Origin: Blasia pusilla
Taxonomy: Eukaryota
NCBI GenBank assembly: GCA_050084515.1
Contig: CM114271.1
Coordinates: 1,364,001 to 1,428,000, forward strand
Length of the DNA stretch: 64,000 nt
Direction of reading: 5' to 3'
Positions 1-11,900 of this stretch are shown piece by piece. Each line of letters starts with the position of its first letter. Position 1 is the first letter of the stretch. The position numbers and the translations under genes were made by a program. The notes beneath the pieces were generated by a model that saw nothing but the letters and a program-made list of their open reading frames with translations, had not been told where the DNA came from and ran no database searches.

Positions 1-1959
1 GGAAACTAGGATATTTAACATATTTTCTTCAATTCCATAATTTTTTTTCTGCAATCATGATGCCTCATATCTTGATGAAATCGAAGGTTAGGTTATACTA
101 ATAAGGCTCTATTTCATAATCGTCATAGAGTCCGACTTATAATTCTCCTAGCTTCGCCCCAAAGCAGTCCTATCGTTGAGCTTTACAAGCGGAAAACTTC
201 CGTTGAATCCCAAGACTTAAATCAATATTTTATTCAAATAATAAATTTTCATATTTTTAAATCTCAATCAAAATACTTTTAAAAAAAAAAAAAAAGATAA
301 TATTTATGAAATAAATATTTACCTATTTAGCGAAATACCATAATTCATGCAATCTTATTAGTATATCAGAAATTATTTTTTATGAGTTTGCTTTCTATTT
401 GTTTACACAATATGATCTACGTTCTTATTAAATTTGTTGGATTGCTTAGTGATTGCCTAAAGGATAAAGGAAGAGTTACAACCACCATACTACACTTGAT
501 CCTAAATGCTTTCTAGGAGTGTAAGGTAAGATAATTAAAGGAGAGAGACCACAAACATTCCAATAATTGGAATGTTGTTGAACACCTTTTAACAACATTC
601 CAATATAGGAAAGAGGCAAGGAGTGCAAAAATCTAAAAGAAAAACCAACAAAAAAACCTTAAAGAGCTCCCGATTATTAGCTTGAAACAAATTTGACAAT
701 AACATTACTCGTTGGTTATATATGAATGGATGATGAGGTGCATGGCCCCCCACCAATTCCTTACGAGATATAATGTTACTCCTCCTACATACATAATGTA
801 ATGCCATCTATATATATTGCAAAAAAAAAGTAATGACAATGACTTACACAAATTTTCATAAAAATATACTAGTACAGTGCTAAAACTTTTTTCTTCGGCC
901 CAAAACATGTGAAACATTTTTTTCTATCATAGAAGAAGATAATTTTATATATTTTCATAAAAATATATAAACATATATAAATGCTTAAATTCTTTTTGTG
1001 TCCCTTCATGAGCTATACACTGTATACTATCTTTGAGCCTTCCCATTCCTTGTCCCGAATCTGCGGATTCCATTTCTTTTCTCGTTTCATGCGCTCTCCT
1101 TTCGCCTTTCTCCCGCACATGATTTACGAGCGTGAAGGCGAAGGAATGGAAGGGCCGAAAGGCACGAGGGGAAGACGGAGCAACGAACGAACATAGTTCA
1201 AGCGAAAGTGAGATCTGTACGATTCTGTAGGGGTTGGAGAGTTAGTAACAATTCGAGCGTGGACGTGAGGGGAGGCATTCCAGCTGGAAATGAACTGGAT
1301 CGCTTGTCATGTTTAGCATTCTGCGGACTCTCCCGGAATTCTCCGGATCGCGTTTGAATGGATCTGCCCCTCTACGGCCATCTCGATGCCGTGACGACTG
1401 CCGGGATTGCACGCGCGCTGGAGTGGAGGCACGATTCTGCGAGGAGCGGCGAGGTTTGTTGGATGATGAGGAGGAGGAGGAGGTGAAGCAGTAGACAATC
1501 AGTTAATTGCTCCTGCGAGTGCGGCAGATTAGGATTCTTCTGATTCTAGTCTACTGGAGCTGCGCGGGCTCGGGCTCGAGCTCCAGATGTCCGATGCAAT
1601 TTTCCGTGATGCAGGAGTTTAGGAAATAGGAGCCGGAGAGGAGAGTCCGTTTCTGCCTCTTCGAGTTGGCAATTCCTTCGGTGTGCATCGAGGGGACGGG
1701 TCGGAAGGTATGGGCAGGTGAGGATGGGTTCCCTGCGCTGACAGGGTAACTTGCGGATGGCGGACCAGTGAATGGAGAAGCGGATAGTTGAGTACATCTA
1801 CGAATGGTGTGGGATGAGGATGGTCTGGGTCGGCTCCGCATTGCTGCAGTAGGAATGAGGATCATGCAGGTTTTGTCTCTGGGAAAGGGACGGATGCGGT
1901 GGTGAGACTGGGGGTCGAGGGAAAGGGAAGGAAGAAGAGAGGGACAGAGCGAGTCAGCG

Positions 1960-2568
1960 ATGGTTTTGATTGATATTGGAGAGGATGCAACTCAAGCTCT
2001 GTCCTCTTCGTCGATCGGCGGAGCAGCAAGCGAGAGGCAGTTGGATGCGCTTGGGAGCGCTGCACTGGCGGTGATCTTAGGGTTGGAGAAGGAGGACACG
2101 GCGCTCGTGGGTCCTGTGTTTGAAGAGATGGACGTGGATTTCATAAAGCGGACTTACTCTGCCCTAGTTTGCGTCTTTCTTGAGGCAGCAAAGAACGATC
2201 TTTCGGAAACAGAGGTCGTGTCATTTTTGAGAAGCGAGTGCGGCTTTTCGGAGGTCCGGGGAGATCTAGTAGCTCGTCTGTTCGTCGAGAGGAAGGATGA
2301 TCTCCGAGGATTACTGTCTCAAACTGGAAATCACAGCTATATTCCTCAGCTGGAAGGCGTGGATTGGAGACTCGAGTACTGCGTACCCGCTCCTGATAAT
2401 CGGTTTGTGCGAGAGCTTCTGTACCGAGTTTGCTTCAAAACTACGAACAGAGAAGAGGGCAGGGAAGACAGGGTTGAATTTGTTGCAAGCGTGGATGAAT
2501 TGCAGGATCTAGTGTCCCGCCTAAAGGATGCATGTAAGTCGGTTGAGAGAGCTCTGGACCGCCGCTGA
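1960..2568 (+). CDS. COMMD3: COMM domain-containing protein 3-like (Commander/CCC complex subunit), intronless
   Basis: Intact 202-aa ORF. The C-terminal COMM domain PQLEGVDWRLEY...LYRVCFKT...VEFVASVDELQDLVSRLKDACKSVER matches the COMMD3 pattern (DVxWRLEY...LQDLVxKLKDAxKSxER). N-terminal helical region includes LEAAKND. Confidence 0.85.
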   Translation: MVLIDIGEDATQALSSSSIGGAASERQLDALGSAALAVILGLEKEDTALVGPVFEEMDVDFIKRTYSALVCVFLEAAKNDLSETEVVSFLRSECGFSEVRGDLVARLFVERKDDLRGLLSQTGNHSYIPQLEGVDWRLEYCVPAPDNRFVRELLYRVCFKTTNREEGREDRVEFVASVDELQDLVSRLKDACKSVERALDRR

Positions 2569-3499
2569 AACGTTGGGGGAGGGCGTATGTGTACTTTGGC
2601 TTCTGAAAATATATGTGACTTGTCAAAACTCTGCCGGTGGTGGATTCACGAAGCGGATCAGGTGGATTGCCGGTGTTAACTTTGTGGATTGAAATTTCTC
2701 ATGTGGATGGCGGATGAATCGACCCTGTGCGTGACGATGAGGAGCTTTGTCTCGCATTAGAAGCGTCTCTGTGCCCCAATCTCTTCCATCCGCGCCATAC
2801 AGTTGGCGAAGAGTGCTCTGGAAAATTGGATTCTTTTCACCATATCCGGCACTCCGTAAGATAGTAAACTCCCTTTCATGATCGGTAGTGCTGAAGGTCC
2901 GCAGAGAGTCTTCTAGATACCTAATGGACAGGCACCTTGAGCAATGCAGATTCGGCTGCATTTACCAGATGTTCGGATGTGCGATGAAAGGCAATTGTGC
3001 TCTTGGCTGTAAGCGTGGTTCTTCGTTGCGTTTGGAACCTGAGCCTCTCGGACCCTTGCTCTCGATTGAAGCACAACGTCAACTCGACATTGTGATTGTT
3101 TCTAGGGAATCGGTGAGCGACCCAGTTTGAGCAAAATCTGAAGAGGCGAGTTGCTAGTGCAGCAGCTAATCGTCTACTCAAGATGGACTTCGGCCACATG
3201 CCGAAGAGAGCTCTACTTGGATAGCACCGACTCTGTTTCAAACATTCAACAGTTAAAGTGAGTGTCGAAATGCGCAAGGACACTCGTGGGCATGATCGGA
3301 CTGAATGTATCATTTAGATGGTGCTGTTGAAGATGTACGTTTTATTGAGTGTCGCGGGAGAGGTGGCTTCGTAAGCTGAAAACGTATGGTCTCGGTCAGT
3401 TTATCTTCGTCCTGACACAGTTATAGCTTCGCGTGGAGACTTGTGGAATAATATCGTCAGACTTCGCCCATTAAACCATCTGTACAACAAAGAGTAGAG

Positions 3500-3608
3500 G
3501 AAGATCCCCAAAAACTCTCCTCCTTTGTTTTGACGGATGAAGGCTCATGGGAGAAGATCCCAAAGAACTCTGCTCCTTTGTTTTGACGGATGAAGGCTCA
3601 TGGGAGAA
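3500..3608. repeat. Tandem duplication of a ~53-bp unit
   Basis: gaagatccc..aactct..ctcctttgttttgacggatgaaggctcatgggagaag occurs twice back to back. Confidence 0.85.
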
Positions 3609-4989
3609 GGAACCTTTCTGCCCAGTGTTCCTTGATTCGTGCTTGAGATTCTTCAGTATCTCTCCTCACCTGCCATTCAGGTCGCCGTGTCTGTTCTTGC
3701 CAACATGATTTTTCAGGAATCTTGATTGTTGAACTATTTACGACAATGGAATTCAGGCATCTGTCACCTGGGCCACCTAATATAACGTCGGTCATCTTTC
3801 CGTATTTGTTCATACTAGTAGTATGCCCTGTGTAAACACACCTGTATCAACTCCGTGTAGACATTTTGGTAAACTTCCTAGGATTGCAAGTTACGATTCG
3901 TGATTGGAGCAAAGCTGATGCGTTACGAGGTTGTTGTGGTGCTGTAAGAATTTGGTATCAAGATATAGTACGTGGTGTATGAGTTATGGATGGGCACGAT
4001 CCGGTGTTTACCTTATGATGCAGAGAGGCACTGCAATATCATAAATAAAAGATTTTCTTCCACCTAGATATCTGCTTACTCTTCTGGTAGTACGAAAAAT
4101 GCGTCCTTGTGTTAGGATTCATCCAAAATGAATTCTAACACAATCCTAGTTATAGTTGGTGCCAGTATTACACATGGAATGAAAGTCATATATAATTTTA
4201 ATTTATCATTCATAATACATAATTAAATTCGAACTATTTCTTAAATATCATATGATTTTAAAGGACGTGTCAAAAGAATATGCACCCGTGCCATACCCGA
4301 ATTTAAATTAATTTCTAAAATGTCTGATTAATTTTCAAAATTCTTGTTGTTTTTTAAAACTATCGTATTGACTTAAAAGCAAATGATCCCATTAACTGAA
4401 GGTAAATTTTTTTTTTCGAAAAATAAATGTTAACCCGAAATTTTCATCTCCGTCTTCTAGTCGGTTCAACCGAACCCATTAAGAGGTGGGACTACCATTT
4501 AGCCTCCTGATGCTATCTTTTTCGAGAGTTCTCTAATTTTAGAATGACGAGTTTGTGAAAACAGACGTAACTAGGTGGAAAGTAGTGAAAGCATTTATGC
4601 AAGTTGTCCTCCGCAACAGCGGCTCCGTGTTCGACCTAAGAGTAAATGATGGACAATTAGTTACCTTCGAATCCGAAGTTGCGAGGTTCGAGAGGTCGTT
4701 GTATGCGTTTGGTTCTTATTGGGACTGTCGCTAATTAAGATAGTCTGAGTTAAGTTTCCCAACTATCTCGGGCATGAAGCTATGATGTGAACATAGGAAC
4801 TTAGTAAAAGCCTGCACATCCCCCGCACTAATAACCAAGCAAGTTCTTTCTTTACTCCATTGAAGCGAGTACAATTTCGCCTTTGCCATCCACAGGGCGA
4901 AATCTTATTTCCTCTTCATTGGATTTCGACTTAAGCCCTGATCTTGCAATGCCTTCATGTACATCCTCATGTAGTAGAACTTTTTACTT

Positions 4990-5372
4990 CCCAGGTCGTC
5001 CATGTAGTCCCATGTGTAGATACCAGTATCATGTGTATCGTCATACTTTATCCTGAACCAGCAATCAGTTCTCAGCTTTTAGTCGCAGGGATAATTCCAC
5101 ACGTGAAACGAGGTTAGGGTCAACACAGTAAGGCTTCTCGAGGTTTAAGTGGCTAAGTGCGCGATGAAGACGGCTTGCTTTGAAACCATTCCCTACACAA
5201 GCACATTCGCCAATTGCATCCTGAATACTGCAGGAATGAAGGGGCATTCAAGGGACGGGGCACCATCGCTAATTGTGGTAATTTGAAGTTGCGAGAAAAT
5301 GTACCTGATACCATAGTTCCCTACTGCCTCTATATCCAAGATTTGCACATGCCGTCTCCCTGATATGACCTG
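4990..5372 (-). pseudogene. Possible highly decayed GRAS-domain fragment
   Basis: Minus-strand translation VISGRRHVQILDI...LQITTI resembles the VHIID and LRITGI motifs. It is followed, after a frameshift, by ASRLHRALSHLNL...LSLRLKAEN. Stops and frameshifts; weak. Confidence 0.3.
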
Positions 5373-5735
5373 TCAACCTCACTACTCGGTGAGAGAATGG
5401 TACCTATGAAGAGCAGGGTAAACACCAATGATCCTTGAAACCCGTATGCAACGCTGTTTGTCACGTCTAAGAGATGAAGCAGTTAGAGGAACTTACTCTG
5501 GTCTGGCCGCTTGCTGTGGTACGCAGGCTATCAGCAGAAGGGCTCCGGACCCGTAAAAATTCAGCGGGGAAATAAAACTTGCCACCATCTTCATACTCGA
5601 GTTCTAAGCCCTGCAGTATCACGGAACCAAAATCCAAATTCCACCAACACGAGGATCAGTTTTCACTGAATGGAGATTAACATTTCGTTACAGCAGGATT
5701 TAAGGCTTGTGAAGTGGACGGGGACCAGAAACTAC

Positions 5736-6051
5736 TGTACCCCAAAGAAGGGCGTGAAATAGGTCTTAATCCATGACTCACAGCGATAAGTTTCAGAAAG
5801 TCTCAAGTCTGACTGAAAATCGGGCAAATCTCTGAGAACTTTCTCGTCGTCTTTGGTGCCATCTGACAGATACTGACTAATTACGCAGCTTGAGACGTAG
5901 ATGCGCTATCTCCATCTCATAACGCTTGAGGATTCTCCAACTGAGCCAAGCCACAGCGATAAAAGATGGACTCTGAGACAGGTCATTCGTTTTATTGTAT
6001 CCCAAAGAAGGGCGTGAAATAGGTCTTGATCCATGACTCACAGCGATAAGT
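5736..6051. repeat. Dispersed direct repeat, ~56 bp (5736-5791 and 5996-6051)
   Basis: tgta(c/t)cccaaagaagggcgtgaaataggtctt(a/g)atccatgactcacagcgataagt present twice with 2 mismatches. Confidence 0.85.
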
Positions 6052-7429
6052 CTGAGTGATATACTGGGAAGGCGCAGAAATTGCGATTGAATCATGATGG
6101 GGAGAAAGAGTATCAACTATGAAATCTCCTATCTCACTACTGTCGGCACTTAGGTCAAACTATATTCCCCATCAAGTATTTTCTAAATTGATATGCCTAT
6201 ATTCCCGATCAAGCATTTTCTAAATCGACTTTCTTTCTGTGCATACTGCTACTTTCCATCGGGGATGCTCTATGAACGATAGGGAAGGAACGCGAAACGT
6301 ACGGTATGAAAGGCGCGGTGAAAAGCTTCTTTCTCTTGTGCCTCCGGTGAACCGAACCTTCCCTCTACAAATGATTCTTCCTTGCGCATTCTTCCCGTGC
6401 CTCTTTTATCAGTGTGAGACGTGGGAATATACGTGGTGTGGCAGTACGACACTCATCACTCGAAGAAAGAGGGAAAGCATTGGGCATCAGAAATGAAATA
6501 ACAACATTCTTACATGCGTACGCAAACAATAATCATAGATCAGAGAACATGCCTTATAAGACGGAGAGGGAGGAGGAGCGCGGTGCAAGGTTATATTCAC
6601 AGGACGCACGATCTTCAGCGCCTCCTTGTGTACCCAGCGTGCGAGTCCTGGATTGACATAGCTCCTCCGGCAAATTCTCCTCACCGTCTCCATAGGCCTC
6701 CCTCCGATCGGACACCCGCTACGTTCTCTCCATTCCACTTCTTTCAAACTTTGAACCCTAATCGTTCTGAAGGAACCTCCGGTTTATTCTCCGGGCTATC
6801 TCCTGAGATCGTGGACTCGTCACTTATGTGTCGTTATTGTTTTAGTAAGGTGCCCGTGGCATGTCATGTAAATATTTTTTTAAAATAAAAAATAGAAATT
6901 TATAATATGTGTGTATTTTTTTAAAAATATTACATTAGAGCTTCAACATATATTTTTTTATTTTTTAATGCGGATGTTGTTATCTAATTCAGTCGTATCC
7001 ATTAATTAATAAGTTACCGGTGTTACTAGTTAAAGAGTGTTTAAAGAGCTTTTGTTGGTGTATAGAAATGATTAATGATGTTTTACATAAATTCACACTT
7101 TATCTTGTTGGCCAATCGCCTCGTTTCGAATAGAGAGTTGTTTGCGAATCAATAAGGCACTCTTCCATAATAATATAGATTCTTATCTCAAATACCCCCC
7201 TTTCAAAACCGCATACTGGTTTTTAATTGTAATTTGTATGTAAATTTTCTGACCTATTTTAAACAAAGAGACTCATAATTGTCCCTGCGAGAAGATGGGA
7301 GCAAGTAAATAAATTCTTACCTTTTTGGGAATAGTAAGAGAAATTTTTTTTTTTCACCTTGAGATTTATTAACAATCATATCAAAAGATCACGAATAGAG
7401 AATTGAAGTCTACATAGGTCAAAAAGCAA

Positions 7430-10400
7430 ACCAGAGTCACATGTGATAAATGAGATTTGTGGAATTAAAACTCAAACTCCATATTTTTCCGCATGATGAT
7501 TTCTGCATCGATTAGATGTTGCATGAAACTACGAATTGCCAACCTACTCTTGTTTGCTTGTCTCTCTGACATGGTTGCATAAAAACAGACAAGTCCGTCC
7601 GTAATATGAACATGGGTAGACAGGTTTGAACATATCCATGGACAAGGATTGGTTTTTCTTCCACATATGCAAAGAATACTTGCTCTACTTAATTGGGAAA
7701 TACAAATGGCTCTTGTCCAAGAGGTAAGCACCTACGAAAGTTTGCCAATAAAAACCCGTGATCATCAAGTACCATGCTTGAGTCACTACCATTCCATTGT
7801 GATTGGACCCACTTCCCCCTCATAAGGATCACTGGATGGTCTCTAATATCATAGTCTAAAACCAAAATATCACTTCATATCCCAACATAAGCATACTTTG
7901 AAACCCTCACTCCCTATTCCAACTTCAAAAGAAAATATAGAAGCTGTCCCAGAATCATAAGTAGACCATGTTGTAGGCCCCCCTTCGTCTACCCGAAAAT
8001 GATTTCCATAAGCCTTCATTCTTTTGTAGGATCGATAAATATGAGATGGTGGAACCCCTAGTTTTAATACCAAAGCTTCTACCTCTTTACCTTTCTCAGC
8101 CCATTCCCGCACCTTGGGTCTTATCCATGATGCAAAAGTCTCCTTTGTCCTTCCCTCTACCTTGAATAAGCTGCCAGGTTTCAAGAAGCGCTTGCAAATA
8201 AGTATTTTCAAGTTGCATCACAATTCTACTAGACTATTGAAACTATTTTCAGGTGTAAGGACAAGAAAACACATGGATTTGAAAAGAAGAAAAATTAGTA
8301 CTTACTCCTACCATTGGCTCATGCACGAGGTGTTTTCCAACACATATTGATGTGCACTTAAAAGAAGAGTGTGCGATAGAGTACTCTTCACACATGTCCT
8401 CCTTCTAGGACCTCTTCAAGAACACCCTCCTCTTCTGTTGCATCCCACACTCGTGTTTGGACAACTTTGAAGCCCTCCATATATTCAGTGATGAAGCCCA
8501 ATGCCTCATCGAAGATATAGCCTTTGGTCATGCATCCTTCTGGTCTAGCACGGGATCTTACATAGCCCTTTAATACACCAAAGTACCTCTCGATTGGATA
8601 CATCCAACGACAGCTTGGCTTAGAAGCAATCTAAGCCAATAATGTTCTCCTTCTTCTATACAAACATAAAATTCAAAGTAAAATTTTTTGAAATCAAACT
8701 TATATAGATAGGTTGTAAAAGAAGAATGGACCAAGTCTATGATGTAAGTCACTTGGTTGGATGAGATACAATCATCCAATTGATTGGCCGCAACCACTAC
8801 ACCCATGAACTTGACGGTGCCATTTTTTCCCTCCAGGAGTAGAAGGAGGGGAATTCAAGATATAAGTATGTTCTAGCTAGAGGATCCATATGATTTGTCG
8901 CAAAACATTGTGTAAGGGTGGTTTCGGTATTTCTTGCAAGAATTTTTGCAGGAGTTTCGTGATTACAAAAGTACACCATTTGTGCATCAGGTTGGTGCAC
9001 AACCAAACTTGCGATATTTGGTATCTCCTTGTATAAATTAAACTTGAATGGTCTCAAACGTGCTTAAGAAGAGAAGACATATCTAAAAAAAATGGAAGAA
9101 ATGAATTAGATTATGACGATAATATTTAGCATCATTAAATTCTACAAAAGTTATGAAGAAAAAAAAGCATGCATTACCTTGCATCCAGTCTTATCAACAA
9201 TATATGCATTTTTTTTCTGTACTTGAACCATGAAAAACTCCAAAAGAAATCGCAGTTGAGCCTTTATATACATATTTGTAAAAGTATTTTGCGGTAGACA
9301 CACTATTGGTGATCTCCAGTTTAATGTGGCAATTGAAGAGCACACAGAGTAGAGGATTGTACGGCATGACCCATCAATTGTCCGGAGGTTTGACACATTT
9401 CATAATATTCTTTCCGTACGGCATGACCCTAAACCCTAACTGGACCATCAAGTGTGTCATGACATCAAAGAAAGATGGAGGAAAATGGATCTCCATGAGA
9501 CACAATGTCTCTACTACATCTTCTTTCAATGTTGGTAGAGTGCGAGGGTCCCAAGTTTTCACATATAACTTTCGAAGTATCCTAGAAATCCTGATGATAG
9601 TTGTTCTCATTGGAGCCTTCATCAATCCTCTAACAAAATACGACAACAATTGTTGCATGAAAATATGGAGATCATGGGATTTCAAGAATTAGGGTCTTCC
9701 TATTGTCTTCCTTAGAATATGTTTCTGCAATGATCCTCCATACCCACTTGGCACTTTCAATGTAGCCACCCTACTTGTCAACACCTTCATTTCTTCAGGC
9801 ATAAGGACATAATTTGCTCTAGGCTTTACCTTCGCCAATAACCTCGATGGATGGGGTTGTAACCATAAGTGTTTTTTGATTCCTCTAGCTTCTAGATCAA
9901 GTCTTACTTGAATAGAGTCCTTATTCTTCAACCCAAATAAGGTTTTGAGGGTGTTCTCCGAAACATTCTTCTCACAATGCATAAGGTCCAACGAATGTCG
10001 TATTAGTAGATCCTAAAATAAAAAAAAATACATGAGAGAGCAAGAGTTTATTATGGTTGATTTGTTGAATCATATAAATACAATAAACTTACAAAGGTGG
10101 GTGACTAATATAAAATAAGTTTAGATCATTTGAGCCTTAAAACTCACGAGTTGGGGAGATCAAATTACTTACCTTCCAGTAGGGAAGATCAAACAAGACA
10201 CTCCTCCTTCCAATCCCATACTTTTTGTAAGGGTCTTGTTCTTGAATCTCTCCCCTCTTTACTTTTCCCCTTGGCGTCCCATAAAAAATGATCTTCGCTT
10301 CTGCCCATTGAAGGACTTGGCTACTTGTTACTCGTACAGGAGTTTTCCTTCTCTCAACACTACGGTTGAAGTGTTTAGCTATACTGATTCGTTGATAAGG

Positions 10401-11900
10401 GTGGTTACTCCACATATATCGTCTATGCCCTTGGTATGTATGCTTGTGACATGGTTTTGAATAATACGACTCAATATTAGGTCCACAAACTACACAAGCT
10501 AATCTACCCTTCGTGGCTTGGCGTGATACAACATCCAATCCCGGGTAATCATTAATAGTCCAGATAAGCATTGCCCTTAGATTGAAACAATCATTATCTT
10601 TCTTTGCACTCTGGTCAAAGGCAGGAACTCCAACCCATAGTTGTTGTAGCTCCTCAATAAGAGGTGCTAAGTAGACATCTAGATTATGACTATCCACTGA
10701 CTCTTTCCTTGGAATGATAAGAGCGAGCTGCAAAAAGAACTTCACTGTGCACAACCAAGGGGATAAGTTATAGTTCACTAGAACAATTGGCCAAGTAGAC
10801 CATACTGCATTCTTATCATTGAATGGATTAACACCATCTAAAGCTAAGCCCAATATGATATTCCTATGTTCCTTGCTGAACTCTGTCCATGTGACATCTA
10901 TATGCTGCCATTGTTTTGAGTCTCCCGTGTGCCGAACCATACCATGAGAAGATTTGTTCTTTGATGTCCATGTCATCAGCTCAGAAATAATCCTACACCT
11001 ATACATTCGTTTTAATCTAGGAATAATAGGGAAATGACGAAGCACCTTCTTTGGAAGTTTACTTTTTCCAACTTCTTGATAGCGAGGTGCATGGCATTTG
11101 GTACATAGCTCCAAGTCCTTATGGTTATCCCTAAACAACATGCATCCGTTTGGACAAGCATGGATCTGAACATAATTCAGTCCTAGCTTGGTGATTAACC
11201 CCTTGGCAGCATACTGATTTCTAGGAACGCTATTACCTTCAGGTAGAACTTGAGAACCTAAGAACTTTAATAGTTCATTAACAACCACATTGAGAACACT
11301 ATGTGCATTGAAAATGATTAAAAGTATCATAGTAAATATGATCTTACTAGTCTTAGCACCAAGAAAAAGAGGTTTATATGCCATCTTTAAGACTTCTTCA
11401 TCGGATCCCCAATCAATTGGACTAGAAGCTTGGTCACTCTCGTTTACTCCAGTTTCAAATGGTTGCTCCTCTTCATCAAGAGGAGTATCAACCATCCAAT
11501 CTTCAAAGCATCCAAATGCTTCATTGATCATTCTATGAACTTCAAAGTTCTTATAAAGATCATCAGATGCAGATTCTTGAGGGATTGGTGTAGGATCTAT
11601 CATATCACTATTCTTCAATTTAACTATTTGGTTAGCCCTCTTTTTCCATTCCTCGTTAGAGGAGTCATATTCTTGAATATTTCTTGAGATCCTATGTCCA
11701 GGATTTCTCTTATGGATCATAAGATGTTTCTCAATGATTGATATAAGCCTCAATCAACTTCCCTTACACTCAATGCATGGACATTTCAGCTTGCCTAAAC
11801 CAAGTTTTTTGGCTTGGTCCTTCTCTCTACGCCATAACTTTTCATCGTGACTAGCTATTTGATAGGGATCACTCAAATCCAAGTAATCGATGTACGTCAA
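7430..11900 (-). mobile_element. CACTA/En-Spm transposase (Tnp2/TnpD-like), pseudogenised
   Basis: Motifs CPCIEC; IHACPNGCMLF; LRHFPIIPRLKRMY; LGLALDGVNPF; STWPIVLVNYNL; WTINDYPG; intron 10013-10172; LDLMHCEKNV; MKSHDLHIFMQQLL; FPPSFFDVMTHL; WMYPIERYFGVLKGYVRSRARPEG. Frameshifts and stops. The element may extend to ~14997 but termini were not identified. Confidence 0.92.
8612..9430 (-). mobile_element. Internal Helitron Rep/Helicase fragment inserted in the CACTA transposase
   Basis: Minus-strand translation DN*WVMPYNPLLCVLFNCHIKLEITNSVSTAKYFYKYVYKGS; R|YV..; LVVHQPDAQMVYF; TTLTQCFATN...ARTYLYLEFP; GEHYWLRLLL. These are typical Helitron RepHel motifs. GT-AG introns at about 9083-9177 and 8656-8752. 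Confidence 0.85.

Noticed and set aside
1300-1900. Several overlapping short ORFs on both strands upstream of COMMD3
   Set aside because: No recognisable domain in any frame; likely GC-rich leader or promoter sequence.
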